A stretch of 11,484 nucleotides of DNA from an uncultured Methanosarcinales archaeon (GTDB taxonomy: Archaea; Nanobdellota; Nanobdellia; Woesearchaeales; CAZYIM01), in assembly GCA_964647565.1 (NCBI GenBank), contig CAZYIM010000056.1, positions 1 through 11,484 of the forward strand, read 5' to 3'. Below, one piece after another: positions 1 to 7,665 of this stretch (position 1 is its first letter; the number at the start of each line of letters is the position of its first letter). The notes under the pieces are model-generated. The model saw nothing but the letters and a program-made list of their open reading frames with translations, was not told the DNA's origin and did not search any database. Made by a program: the position numbers and the translations under genes.

Positions 1-1
1 A

Positions 2-514
2 TATATTAAGCAGAACGATACTAATGATCAAGTATATACTTATCGCTTTGTAGATATTCCGAATTTTCCACAGATTGAGTTTGCAGAAATAACTCTGCCC
101 ATTGTCAATAATGAATATGAAAAAGGCCTTAGAAATGGTCTGGAAAACGGTCTGACCAGATATCTAAGAGCTGCAAAACTAGTTAAAATCTGGAAACCCC
201 TGCAAGAATATGGGCCTGATTTGTTCAATATCCTAATATATTTCCAAGCCCCTAAAAAGACCCAGGTTCGGCATGGCCTTTATATTCCTTTGATTGCAGA
301 TGATAGCAAGGTTCCTGAAGAAAAAAGGAACAATTTCTGGCATATCTTCTACGCTAAGTTCTTCAAAGAGAATGCCAAATCAGAGCTCTATTATCATGAA
401 ACTATAGATAGGACGCTGCTCAATTGTCATGGTCATTCCCTCTGTACTCCTGACCTGCATTTCAAGGGTTGTTTTGAGGATGCAATTCAAAAATATGGAG
501 GTCGAGAGCAATGA
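2..514 (+). CDS. Array paralog 1 (5'-truncated), hypothetical protein
   Basis: The frame of the 221..514 ORF is open back to position 2 (YIKQNDTNDQVYTYRFVDIPNFPQIEFAEITLP...KIWKPLQEYGPDLFNILIYF...GLYIPL...FWHIFYAK...AIQKYGGREQ*). It carries the family's core and C-terminal motifs, so TTG 221 is not the true start. Confidence 0.9.
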   Translation, partial: YIKQNDTNDQVYTYRFVDIPNFPQIEFAEITLPIVNNEYEKGLRNGLENGLTRYLRAAKLVKIWKPLQEYGPDLFNILIYFQAPKKTQVRHGLYIPLIADDSKVPEEKRNNFWHIFYAKFFKENAKSELYYHETIDRTLLNCHGHSLCTPDLHFKGCFEDAIQKYGGREQ

Positions 515-1326
515 GCGAGTTGATTGAAGCTGGTCCTGGAAAGATAAAGAAAAGGCCTAAGCAGCCTCCTTTCAAAACCCTTGTAGGCAGCGAGCTCAAC
601 CCGTTTGATATTGTTAATCCATTCAATACAAAATATAAATTCACTAAAGAGCTGGTTAAACTAAGAGAAGGTGAGTTGTTTGACTATCAGAGTATCAGGA
701 ATTCTGACTCTTTTGACAAGCTAGTGGAGGAATGTATGTTGCATGTTAATCCCTGTAGGTTTGCAAAGGAGTATTTCCTTGGAGATAAAGGATCTATCAA
801 TAAAGGATACGATAGTGACAGGTACACCATTGTTGATCCGAAAAGATTCCCTGGGGTGGTATGGGTAAGATTTGACATGCCTGTCGAACCTGATAGGAAG
901 AGCAGCATATATCATAAACCGCCAGAGCACTACAAGTATTTTATGAAATCTGAAGAGCTGATAAAATACATGGGTGAGGGCAATGGTCCACACCCCCATC
1001 ATTATTCTATGCAGGTCATCTTTGGCCAGGAGCCTGATAATGACCGTTATATGAGAGGTCTTTACATACCTCTAATGGTCGGCAACCATATCATGCCTGA
1101 TGAATGGCAGGGCAATCTGTGGTATATCTTTTCGACCAAGCACTATAATACCAAGCCAGTCAAGACAGAGCTGTTCTATTATCGATTGCAGGGAGGAATT
1201 GGATTTAACAAGCTGGGCAAAGAAGGTGGTGGAAGACCCACTATTTTTGCAGGGAAGACTCAAACTCATAAATTTTTCAAGAAAGGATTAGAAGATGCAA
1301 TTCAGGAATTAGGAGGGATAAGATGA
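511..1326 (+). CDS. Array paralog 2, hypothetical protein (271 aa)
   Basis: ATGA overlap with gene 1; GGAGGT at 497-502; motifs LIEAGPGKIKKR, NPF, GLYIPLM, LWYIF, AIQELGGIR. Confidence 0.92.
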   Translation: MSELIEAGPGKIKKRPKQPPFKTLVGSELNPFDIVNPFNTKYKFTKELVKLREGELFDYQSIRNSDSFDKLVEECMLHVNPCRFAKEYFLGDKGSINKGYDSDRYTIVDPKRFPGVVWVRFDMPVEPDRKSSIYHKPPEHYKYFMKSEELIKYMGEGNGPHPHHYSMQVIFGQEPDNDRYMRGLYIPLMVGNHIMPDEWQGNLWYIFSTKHYNTKPVKTELFYYRLQGGIGFNKLGKEGGGRPTIFAGKTQTHKFFKKGLEDAIQELGGIR

Positions 1327-2036
1327 CTGAAAAAGATGATATAATCGAGAATCATGAACCTGGCAAAAAGCCGAGGAGGAAGCTGAAGGCAGAGGAGAAA
1401 CAAAAAACTCTATGTCCTTTCTTGCAAGAGGGATTTAAGTGTATGTTTGATCCGAAATGGATTGATATGACTGTAAGGAGAATAACTAACGGTAAAAGTA
1501 AAGGATATTTTGGTTCGAATGACGTTCAAAATTGGCATGATGTTGCAAGTTTCCATTATGATGTTGTTGGGACTGGTAGATTGCTTGTTGATCTTGTCAA
1601 ACCCTATGATACCCAACAAAGGGACCATATAGAAATAAATAATCCTGATCATCTAGAGAAATATGTTTTTATAAATCATAGTAAAAGTTATCTTGCAAGG
1701 ATTTTTGAGCCAGAAATGCCTGATAATTTTTTTGCGTTCTCTAATGATGATATAAATAAGACAATCGAAGATTTTCAAAGATCAGAAACATCCGGGCTGA
1801 CCTTAATTGCTCTGGATGAGTTCTACCATTGTCAAAACAAAGCATGGCACGTACCATTTTTTCGGGATGATGATACTGTGCCTGAGCGTCTGCAGAATAA
1901 ACCAGGACATATCATAACCCTGAGCTACCTGCCAGAAGACAAAACTCTGAATGTGGATGATGTGCAACAATACGACCGGGACAAACTGCTTGGAGTGCTG
2001 CGTGAGACACTTGGGCTACCTGGTGAAAAAAAATAA
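1323..2036 (+). CDS. Array paralog 3, divergent 'IIEN/PRRKLK' subtype (237 aa)
   Basis: ATGA overlap; AGGAGG at 1311-1316. N-terminus MTEKDDIIENHEPGKKPRRKLK, and WHDVASFH and LIALD motifs, match genes 14/15. Confidence 0.9.
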   Translation: MTEKDDIIENHEPGKKPRRKLKAEEKQKTLCPFLQEGFKCMFDPKWIDMTVRRITNGKSKGYFGSNDVQNWHDVASFHYDVVGTGRLLVDLVKPYDTQQRDHIEINNPDHLEKYVFINHSKSYLARIFEPEMPDNFFAFSNDDINKTIEDFQRSETSGLTLIALDEFYHCQNKAWHVPFFRDDDTVPERLQNKPGHIITLSYLPEDKTLNVDDVQQYDRDKLLGVLRETLGLPGEKK

Positions 2037-2045
2037 AATAGATTT

Positions 2046-2071
2046 CCAATCAAGAATGAACCAATCAAGAA
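2046..2071 (+). repeat. Short direct repeat CCAATCAAGAA x2 at the only non-overlapping junction
   Basis: Copies at 2046-2056 and 2061-2071 bracket ATG 2056 and are followed by AAGAAAC repeats. Confidence 0.75.
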
Positions 2072-2853
2072 ACAAAGAAACAAGCCCGCTGATCGAAGCT
2101 GGAAGCGGTAAGATAAAGAAAAAGAGAAAGAACAAACCAGTGAAAACCTTCACCTCTGGCGATCGTATGATGCGAAATCCATATGAGATAGGAAGTGAAT
2201 ATCCTATTCGGCTTAAGAAAGTTCAAAAATCAGATGAAGTATTTTTTGGATCAATAGACAATAAATTCTATTTCAATCATCTTATCGAGCAAAATATTTG
2301 GTTGTTCAACCTGGAAATCATAGAAAAACTCTTTGATGCTTCAAAATATAAAAAAGTCAAGCATGATGATAATCCAACATATTATTTCTGTAATATCCCT
2401 GCTTTTCCTAATATTGAATTTGCTTCATTGTATATGCCCACCATTAGAGATGCAGATGAAAAACCGCATGATTCGTGGGATGAATCGCGGAAGAGAAAAG
2501 AGAAATTTTATTTTAAAACTCCAGATTTGGCTAAGTTATGGTATGTAATTGGTGGAGGAAGCTTTACACCCCATCTGCAGATATATTTTGAAACTTCTCC
2601 TAAGAGCAAAACCCGGAAAGGATTGTATGTTCCTATGATCCAAGGCGACTCAAAGACACCTGAAGAATCAGATGACTACCGCTGGAACATCTTCACATTG
2701 AAATTCTACAAGAAACCCAAGAAGTTCGAGATCTACAACTATGCTTCTTGTTCTAATACCTTTGACCAGCCTGCAGAACCAGGATGTGTAAGTCGAAAAT
2801 GCCTTGAGAAAGCATTGATACAAGGCATCAAGGAGGATGGTGGTATCAGATGA
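2056..2853 (+). CDS. Array paralog 4, hypothetical protein (~265 aa; start uncertain)
   Basis: Within the 1951..2853 ORF. ATG 2056 gives the family-typical length and puts LIEAGSGKIKKKRK near the N-terminus; in-frame GTG 2023 is an alternative. Motifs IPAFPNIE, GLYVPM, RWNIF, GIKEDGGIR. Confidence 0.85.
   Translation: MNQSRNKETSPLIEAGSGKIKKKRKNKPVKTFTSGDRMMRNPYEIGSEYPIRLKKVQKSDEVFFGSIDNKFYFNHLIEQNIWLFNLEIIEKLFDASKYKKVKHDDNPTYYFCNIPAFPNIEFASLYMPTIRDADEKPHDSWDESRKRKEKFYFKTPDLAKLWYVIGGGSFTPHLQIYFETSPKSKTRKGLYVPMIQGDSKTPEESDDYRWNIFTLKFYKKPKKFEIYNYASCSNTFDQPAEPGCVSRKCLEKALIQGIKEDGGIR
2089..2130 (+). repeat. 42-bp near-identical gene-start block, second copy at 4471-4512
   Basis: CTGATCGAAGCTGGAAG(C/T)GG(T/C)AAGATAAAGAAAAAGAGAAAG, 40/42 identical between genes 4 and 7. 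Confidence 0.9.
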
Positions 2854-3671
2854 ATATTATCAATGCTGGATCTGGAAAGATCAAGAAAAAGAGAAAGAAA
2901 CAGCTGTTAAATACCTATCATGGAAATTCTGTTGGTGGCAGCCCATTTGATAGTTATTACACTGAGAAATTATCTTATTTGAGGAATTCTAAACACATAC
3001 TAGAGCAAGGTGATATTGAGAATGCAGAATTCTTCCAGAGTCTGATTGGGCAGGACGCCTGGTTGTTTGATCCTCTCTTCGTTGAGAGATATTTTCTGGG
3101 CGCAAAACTAGTATTAAAAACAGATAATGAAGAACCCAAGGATTCAGAATATTATATGGAAGATATTCCTGAGTTCCCGAATATAGAGCTGGCCATTCTT
3201 AACCTTCCTAAAGTATGGGACTCTATTGAAGATAATGAGAACTATGAATACAATAAATCCCTGTACAGATATACCCAGAGCTGCATGAAGACACCTGACA
3301 TCATGAAGATATGGAGATCTACTCGTTATGGCGGAAGCGATTTTAGCCTGAAGATACATTTCAAGTCTGCTGAAAATAGTAATATCGGGAAGGCTGTCTA
3401 TGTTCCTGCTTTGCCTGGAAATGGTTATACGCATATAGACATGGATGCCAACCGCTGGAACATTCTTTCTATGGTCTATCATAAAAAACCTAAAAAGCAA
3501 GAAGTCTACAAGTATGCAACCTGTTCTAAGCATCACGAAAGCTATAAGCATCCTGACTGCGTGAAGCGAGAGTGCTTTGAAAAGACTCTTCTGCAGGCCA
3601 TCAAGGAGCAGGGAGGTTCTGAGCAACAAGTTGCTGGAACCTCGCCCGGAAAACTCGGAGGTATCAAATGA
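2850..3671 (+). CDS. Array paralog 5, hypothetical protein with 15-aa C-terminal extension (273 aa)
   Basis: ATGA overlap; motifs IINAGSGKIKKKRK, IPEFPNIE, AVYVPAL, RWNIL. Closest to gene 4 (KKPKK, C-x11-C-x4-C). Confidence 0.92.
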   Translation: MNIINAGSGKIKKKRKKQLLNTYHGNSVGGSPFDSYYTEKLSYLRNSKHILEQGDIENAEFFQSLIGQDAWLFDPLFVERYFLGAKLVLKTDNEEPKDSEYYMEDIPEFPNIELAILNLPKVWDSIEDNENYEYNKSLYRYTQSCMKTPDIMKIWRSTRYGGSDFSLKIHFKSAENSNIGKAVYVPALPGNGYTHIDMDANRWNILSMVYHKKPKKQEVYKYATCSKHHESYKHPDCVKRECFEKTLLQAIKEQGGSEQQVAGTSPGKLGGIK

Positions 3672-4465
3672 AGGTAATCAATGCAGGTTCTGGGAAGAAG
3701 AAAAAGAAGAAGAAACTCGAGTTAATCATAGAGATCACAGGTAATTATTTTGGCTTCAAAACGCCATTCGATGATATTAAGGAACATTTGAATACTATTG
3801 AAAGTTTTCGAGAGTCAACAAATGTTTTTAAACAGGGTACGATTAAGAATAAGGATAAGTATAAGAAAATAGCTGGCGAGCCAAATAAACCCTTTTTTCT
3901 TCTACAGCCAACTATTTTTGAGAAATTGTTTGAGGGTTCTAAATATAATAAAAGAGAGTATAAAAATTCAAATGTAATTGTGTATGAAATTGGTTCTATA
4001 CCGAATTTACCTCAGATTGAATATGCTTATCTATACCTTCCTACTTTTCAGGACAATATCAAATTTCCATATAAACGAAAGGGCGAAGCATTATTCAGAA
4101 GCCTTCAAAACCATATATCCCTTCCTGGACTATCAGGGATATGGAATGCGATTACTCAGGGGAGTCCAAACCACTTTAATCTTCAAGTATTCTTCAAGGC
4201 TGATAAAAAAGCACAGATCAGAGAAGGGCTCTATATTCCCTTGTTTTCAGGCGATATCAGGATCCCTGATAAAACCGTTGACAATAGCTGGCACATTTTC
4301 TATGCAAAATACTATGCAAAGGATCGAAAATCAGAATTGTATCTTTACGAGACTATCAATGGGCCGGTTGAAGATTGCTATCACGGCAATAAAATTTGTA
4401 CACCTCTAGATCATTTTGAATTTTGTTTTAAGGAAGCAGTGAAGAAGTATGGGGGCGCAAAGTGA
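3668..4465 (+). CDS. Array paralog 6, hypothetical protein (265 aa)
   Basis: ATGA overlap; GGAGGT at 3657-3662; motifs VINAGSGKKKKKKK, IPNLPQIE, GLYIPL, WHIFYAK, AVKKYGGAK. C-terminal half is closest to gene 1. Confidence 0.92.
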   Translation: MKVINAGSGKKKKKKKLELIIEITGNYFGFKTPFDDIKEHLNTIESFRESTNVFKQGTIKNKDKYKKIAGEPNKPFFLLQPTIFEKLFEGSKYNKREYKNSNVIVYEIGSIPNLPQIEYAYLYLPTFQDNIKFPYKRKGEALFRSLQNHISLPGLSGIWNAITQGSPNHFNLQVFFKADKKAQIREGLYIPLFSGDIRIPDKTVDNSWHIFYAKYYAKDRKSELYLYETINGPVEDCYHGNKICTPLDHFEFCFKEAVKKYGGAK

Positions 4466-5262
4466 AAAAACTGATCGAAGCTGGAAGTGGCAAGATAAAG
4501 AAAAAGAGAAAGATATCGCCAATATTTACTTCTAAAGGCAAGATTCCAGGTATGAAGAGTCCTTTTTCTAAAGAGCTCTTATATAGATCTCGTTTGGCGA
4601 GCGTGATGAGCAGCCAAGAAAGAATAAATGAAATCGGTTTTAGAGATGCAGAATTTTTAGAAAACTTGGCGAAAGACAGAATAATTTTCATAGATCCGAT
4701 CAAACCTGTTGAAGAGCTCTTTAAAGATGCTGTTTTTAAGGGATATACAGAATACACACATTTCAGATTTGAGATAGCAAAGATACCTTCTTTTCCACAA
4801 ATAGAGCTTGTAACATTAGGATTGCCAAGATACTTTGGAGCACACTCTTCCGATCAATCAGATAATCCTTTTGTTGAAGCAAATAGGGGTTTGTTAAAGT
4901 CAAAACATGTCTATAACATGTACCCTGCAATAAAAAATCGTAAATTAAATTTTTTAACCCTTAACATAATCTTCGAGCATGATGATGATAATCCTTCAAT
5001 CAGGAAGGGTCTTTTCATTCCTTTGATGAACGTGGACAAAAGGATCCCTGACAAAGACAAGGATAACTATTGGAACATCTACAAGGTCAGGCATTATGCA
5101 CAGCCAATAAAATCAGAGCTTTTCCCTTACATGCATTGTAATCATGATTTACTATATTGTAAAAATGGTACTTATGGACTACAGAAAAATATGTTGGCTT
5201 CGGATGACCAATTCCTTCATGCATTAGAAGAAGCCATTCTAGAATATGGAGGTAAGAAATGA
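4462..5262 (+). CDS. Array paralog 7, hypothetical protein (266 aa, GTG start)
   Basis: GTGA overlap; GGGGG at 4451-4455; motifs LIEAGSGKIKKKRK, IPSFPQIE, GLFIPLM, YWNIY, AILEYGGKK. Confidence 0.92.
   Translation: MKKLIEAGSGKIKKKRKISPIFTSKGKIPGMKSPFSKELLYRSRLASVMSSQERINEIGFRDAEFLENLAKDRIIFIDPIKPVEELFKDAVFKGYTEYTHFRFEIAKIPSFPQIELVTLGLPRYFGAHSSDQSDNPFVEANRGLLKSKHVYNMYPAIKNRKLNFLTLNIIFEHDDDNPSIRKGLFIPLMNVDKRIPDKDKDNYWNIYKVRHYAQPIKSELFPYMHCNHDLLYCKNGTYGLQKNMLASDDQFLHALEEAILEYGGKK
5248..5262 (+). promoter_or_regulatory. Representative SD plus ATGA translational-coupling junction (recurs at 14 junctions)
   Basis: GGAGGTAAGAAATGA. GGAGG/GGGGG/GGTGG/GGAG begins 10-14 nt (usually 11) before the next start at 497, 1312, 2839, 3657, 4451, 5248, 6042, 6839, 7651, 8436, 9197, 9965, 10702 and 11436. 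Confidence 0.85.
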
Positions 5263-6056
5263 GCAAACTGATCGAGGCTGGCCCTGGAAAGATAAAGAAA
5301 AAATTCAAAGATAAGACTCCAATCCACGAGATCCTTTATCACCAAGGTGGTTTCTTCAATCCGTTTACAGACATGGAAGGCTACTTAGAACGAATTGAGA
5401 AGGCAAGAACCTGTGGTGAAGAACCATTCAAACCAAAATATATTCAAGGAGTGGAGATATTCCAAAGGTCTTTTTTCTATTGGTTATGGATGATAGATCT
5501 AAAACCATTGGCAGAACTCTTCGAAGGTTCAAATTACAATTATTCAAAGCTGCCAATATCCGGTGATGAAAGAGGATTTCAGTACTTTTTTACTGATGTT
5601 CCAAAATATCCTGCGATCGAGTTAATGCAGATTACAATCCCTAAATTACAAGATGAGCTGATAATCGACAAGAATAAGAACACGACCTTTCAACAGGCAC
5701 TGCCTCAATATTTAACTAACAATAGGATGGTGCACATTTGGAATGCGCTTGAGGATTTGGGGCCGGATGCATTTAATATGCAGATCTTCTTCAAGACAGG
5801 AAAGGATAGCCAGGTCAAGGCCGGACTTTATGTACCTCTTGTGACGGGGGATCCATTAATACATGAAATTAACAGGGATTTTGACTGGCATATCTACAAT
5901 GTCAAGTTCTATGCAAATAGCAAGGCAGAAGTTTTCTATCATGATTATAATATCGGGCCTGTAGTAGGCTGCAAGAAGGTCAAGAAATGCGACCGCGACC
6001 AACATTTCTTCCACTCCTTAGATGATGCGATAATCAAGTACGGAGGCAGAAAATGA
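5259..6056 (+). CDS. Array paralog 8, hypothetical protein (265 aa)
   Basis: ATGA overlap; GGAGGT at 5248-5253; motifs LIEAGPGKIKKK, FNPF, YPAIELMQI, GLYVPL, WHIY, DQHFFHSLDDAIIKYGGRK. Confidence 0.92.
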   Translation: MSKLIEAGPGKIKKKFKDKTPIHEILYHQGGFFNPFTDMEGYLERIEKARTCGEEPFKPKYIQGVEIFQRSFFYWLWMIDLKPLAELFEGSNYNYSKLPISGDERGFQYFFTDVPKYPAIELMQITIPKLQDELIIDKNKNTTFQQALPQYLTNNRMVHIWNALEDLGPDAFNMQIFFKTGKDSQVKAGLYVPLVTGDPLIHEINRDFDWHIYNVKFYANSKAEVFYHDYNIGPVVGCKKVKKCDRDQHFFHSLDDAIIKYGGRK

Positions 6057-6853
6057 GCAAACTGATTGAAGCCGGACCTGGAAAGATAAAGAAGAAGAGG
6101 AAGACTAAAGCTCTTTATACTGTCCAGGATTGGTGGGCTGGTTTGTTTAACCCGTTTGAAAACTTAGAAGAGTATTATGATAACATAAATAATACAAAGA
6201 AAACAGAAGAAAAGGGATTTTCGTCAGACTACTTCAAAAATCTGGAATATTTTGAGCCTCTCTCACTCAATAGAGTCTGGATGATCTCACTTGCAAGAAT
6301 TGGAAAATTCTGTGAAGGTTCTGATTTTCATGACTCCCCAATAAAATTAATTGTAAATAGACTTATTGGACATGAATATTGTTTTTCAAACATTCCTTCT
6401 CATCCATCGATCGAGTTAATGCAAATCTCTGTTCCGGATGTTGATAATAAAATGAAGATTCCTAAGATGAATTCTACCTTTCAAAAAAGCTTGGAGCATT
6501 ATGTCCAGAATCCCAAATTGACCAAGATTTGGAAAGCTCTTCATGAATGGGGGCCGGGCAGGTTTAACATGCAGATATATTTCAAGTCTGATAAGAAGAG
6601 CAAGATCATAGAAGGGCTTTACATACCTCTGATGAAGGGAGATCCCAGGATACCTGAGCATAATAAGGGCAATCTCTGGCACATCTTCTATGTCAAGTTC
6701 ATGAGGAAGAAAGCAGAGATATACTATCATGATAATGGTGCTTTGGTTACCAACTGCCCTAAGGCCAGGAAGCGAGGACCTTATTGTAATCCTGATCAGC
6801 ATTTCTTCCACTCGCTAGGGGATGCGATAATCAAGTATGGAGGTCGAAAATGA
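6053..6853 (+). CDS. Array paralog 9, hypothetical protein (266 aa)
   Basis: ATGA overlap; GGAGG at 6042-6046. Sister of gene 8 (IELMQI, FNMQI, DQHFFHSLxDAIIKYGGRK). Confidence 0.92.
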   Translation: MSKLIEAGPGKIKKKRKTKALYTVQDWWAGLFNPFENLEEYYDNINNTKKTEEKGFSSDYFKNLEYFEPLSLNRVWMISLARIGKFCEGSDFHDSPIKLIVNRLIGHEYCFSNIPSHPSIELMQISVPDVDNKMKIPKMNSTFQKSLEHYVQNPKLTKIWKALHEWGPGRFNMQIYFKSDKKSKIIEGLYIPLMKGDPRIPEHNKGNLWHIFYVKFMRKKAEIYYHDNGALVTNCPKARKRGPYCNPDQHFFHSLGDAIIKYGGRK

Positions 6854-7665
6854 GTCTAGCACCACCATTCAAGTGGCCTCCTGTCCTACGTAGCAAGGGA
6901 ATAATACATAAGCCTGAATCCGGCAAGAAGAAGAAAATACCCAAAGTCTTGACGCCAAAGAACAGTAAAGTCCTTGCTGACTATATTAGGGATCTGGACT
7001 CATCGCCGCGTGGAAGCATATATCCTGAGAAAAAGTACGCTATAATGAGGGATATAGATAAAGAGGTTAGGCCCAGTTCCAGAGCGATTTTTTCTGGGTT
7101 TCCTGAATTCAAAAAAGGCAGCATAAAGGAGCATAAAAGGCTTAAACAGATGGCTGAAAAGACTCCTGAAATGTTGGATATTGTTCCCATAATAGAATCT
7201 GTATTTGCTGGCGTGCCTTACCATAGGATGGAGCGTGATGATTTTGTACATTATTACCTGCTTGAAGATAAGAGATATCCTAACTTGTCTATGGCCAGGT
7301 TCACAACCTTAGACTTTAAATGGAGAAGAAAAAAAGCAAAAAACTCAACCCTTATCTCAAACTCTTCAGGCAATAAAGTTTACGCTAGTAACCAACTTAT
7401 TTCTACTGAAAAGATGACTTTTTACATTGCTTTTGATATGCTTCCAAGTGGGAAAAGGGAGTACACAGGTAATAACATACTGATTCCGACAAATACTCTG
7501 GATGGTAGAATACCTGGAGAAGTCAGGGATTACAGAGGCCATATGTTCCTTGTCTCCTGGTTCCAGGCCAACTCCCGGATGACATATCATTCTGCTTATC
7601 GAACAGAGTCTGGTCTTGAAAAAGGCTTGGTATCTGTGCTTGAGAAATACGGGGGTGGCAAATGA
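6850..7665 (+). CDS. Array paralog 10, divergent member with N-terminal extension (271 aa)
   Basis: ATGA overlap; GGAGGT at 6839-6844; IIHKPESGKKKKI, RYPNLSMAR, ILIPTNTLDGRIP, VLEKYGGGK are degenerate family motifs. Confidence 0.9.
   Translation: MSLAPPFKWPPVLRSKGIIHKPESGKKKKIPKVLTPKNSKVLADYIRDLDSSPRGSIYPEKKYAIMRDIDKEVRPSSRAIFSGFPEFKKGSIKEHKRLKQMAEKTPEMLDIVPIIESVFAGVPYHRMERDDFVHYYLLEDKRYPNLSMARFTTLDFKWRRKKAKNSTLISNSSGNKVYASNQLISTEKMTFYIAFDMLPSGKREYTGNNILIPTNTLDGRIPGEVRDYRGHMFLVSWFQANSRMTYHSAYRTESGLEKGLVSVLEKYGGGK
6919..6938 (+). repeat. 20-bp exact direct repeat, second copy at 7746-7765
   Basis: TCCGGCAAGAAGAAGAAAAT in genes 10 and 11. Their 3' ends also share GGGGGTGGCAAATGA (7651-7665, 8436-8450). 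Confidence 0.88.

Noticed and set aside
511..580. Signal peptide, Tat signal or lipoprotein lipobox
   Set aside because: The basic patch is not followed by a hydrophobic stretch or lipobox Cys in any member.
1951..2055. ORF-track start at 1951 for gene 4 (300 aa)
   Set aside because: It overlaps gene 3 by 86 nt, and the extra peptide (MWMMCNNTTGTNCLECC) has no family similarity. A start at 2056 or 2023 fits the family better.
5239..5262. C-terminal Gly-Gly as a ubiquitin/SAMP-like conjugation motif
   Set aside because: GG is not terminal, the proteins do not resemble beta-grasp modifiers, and genes 13-15 keep the SD-like nucleotides while losing the glycines.
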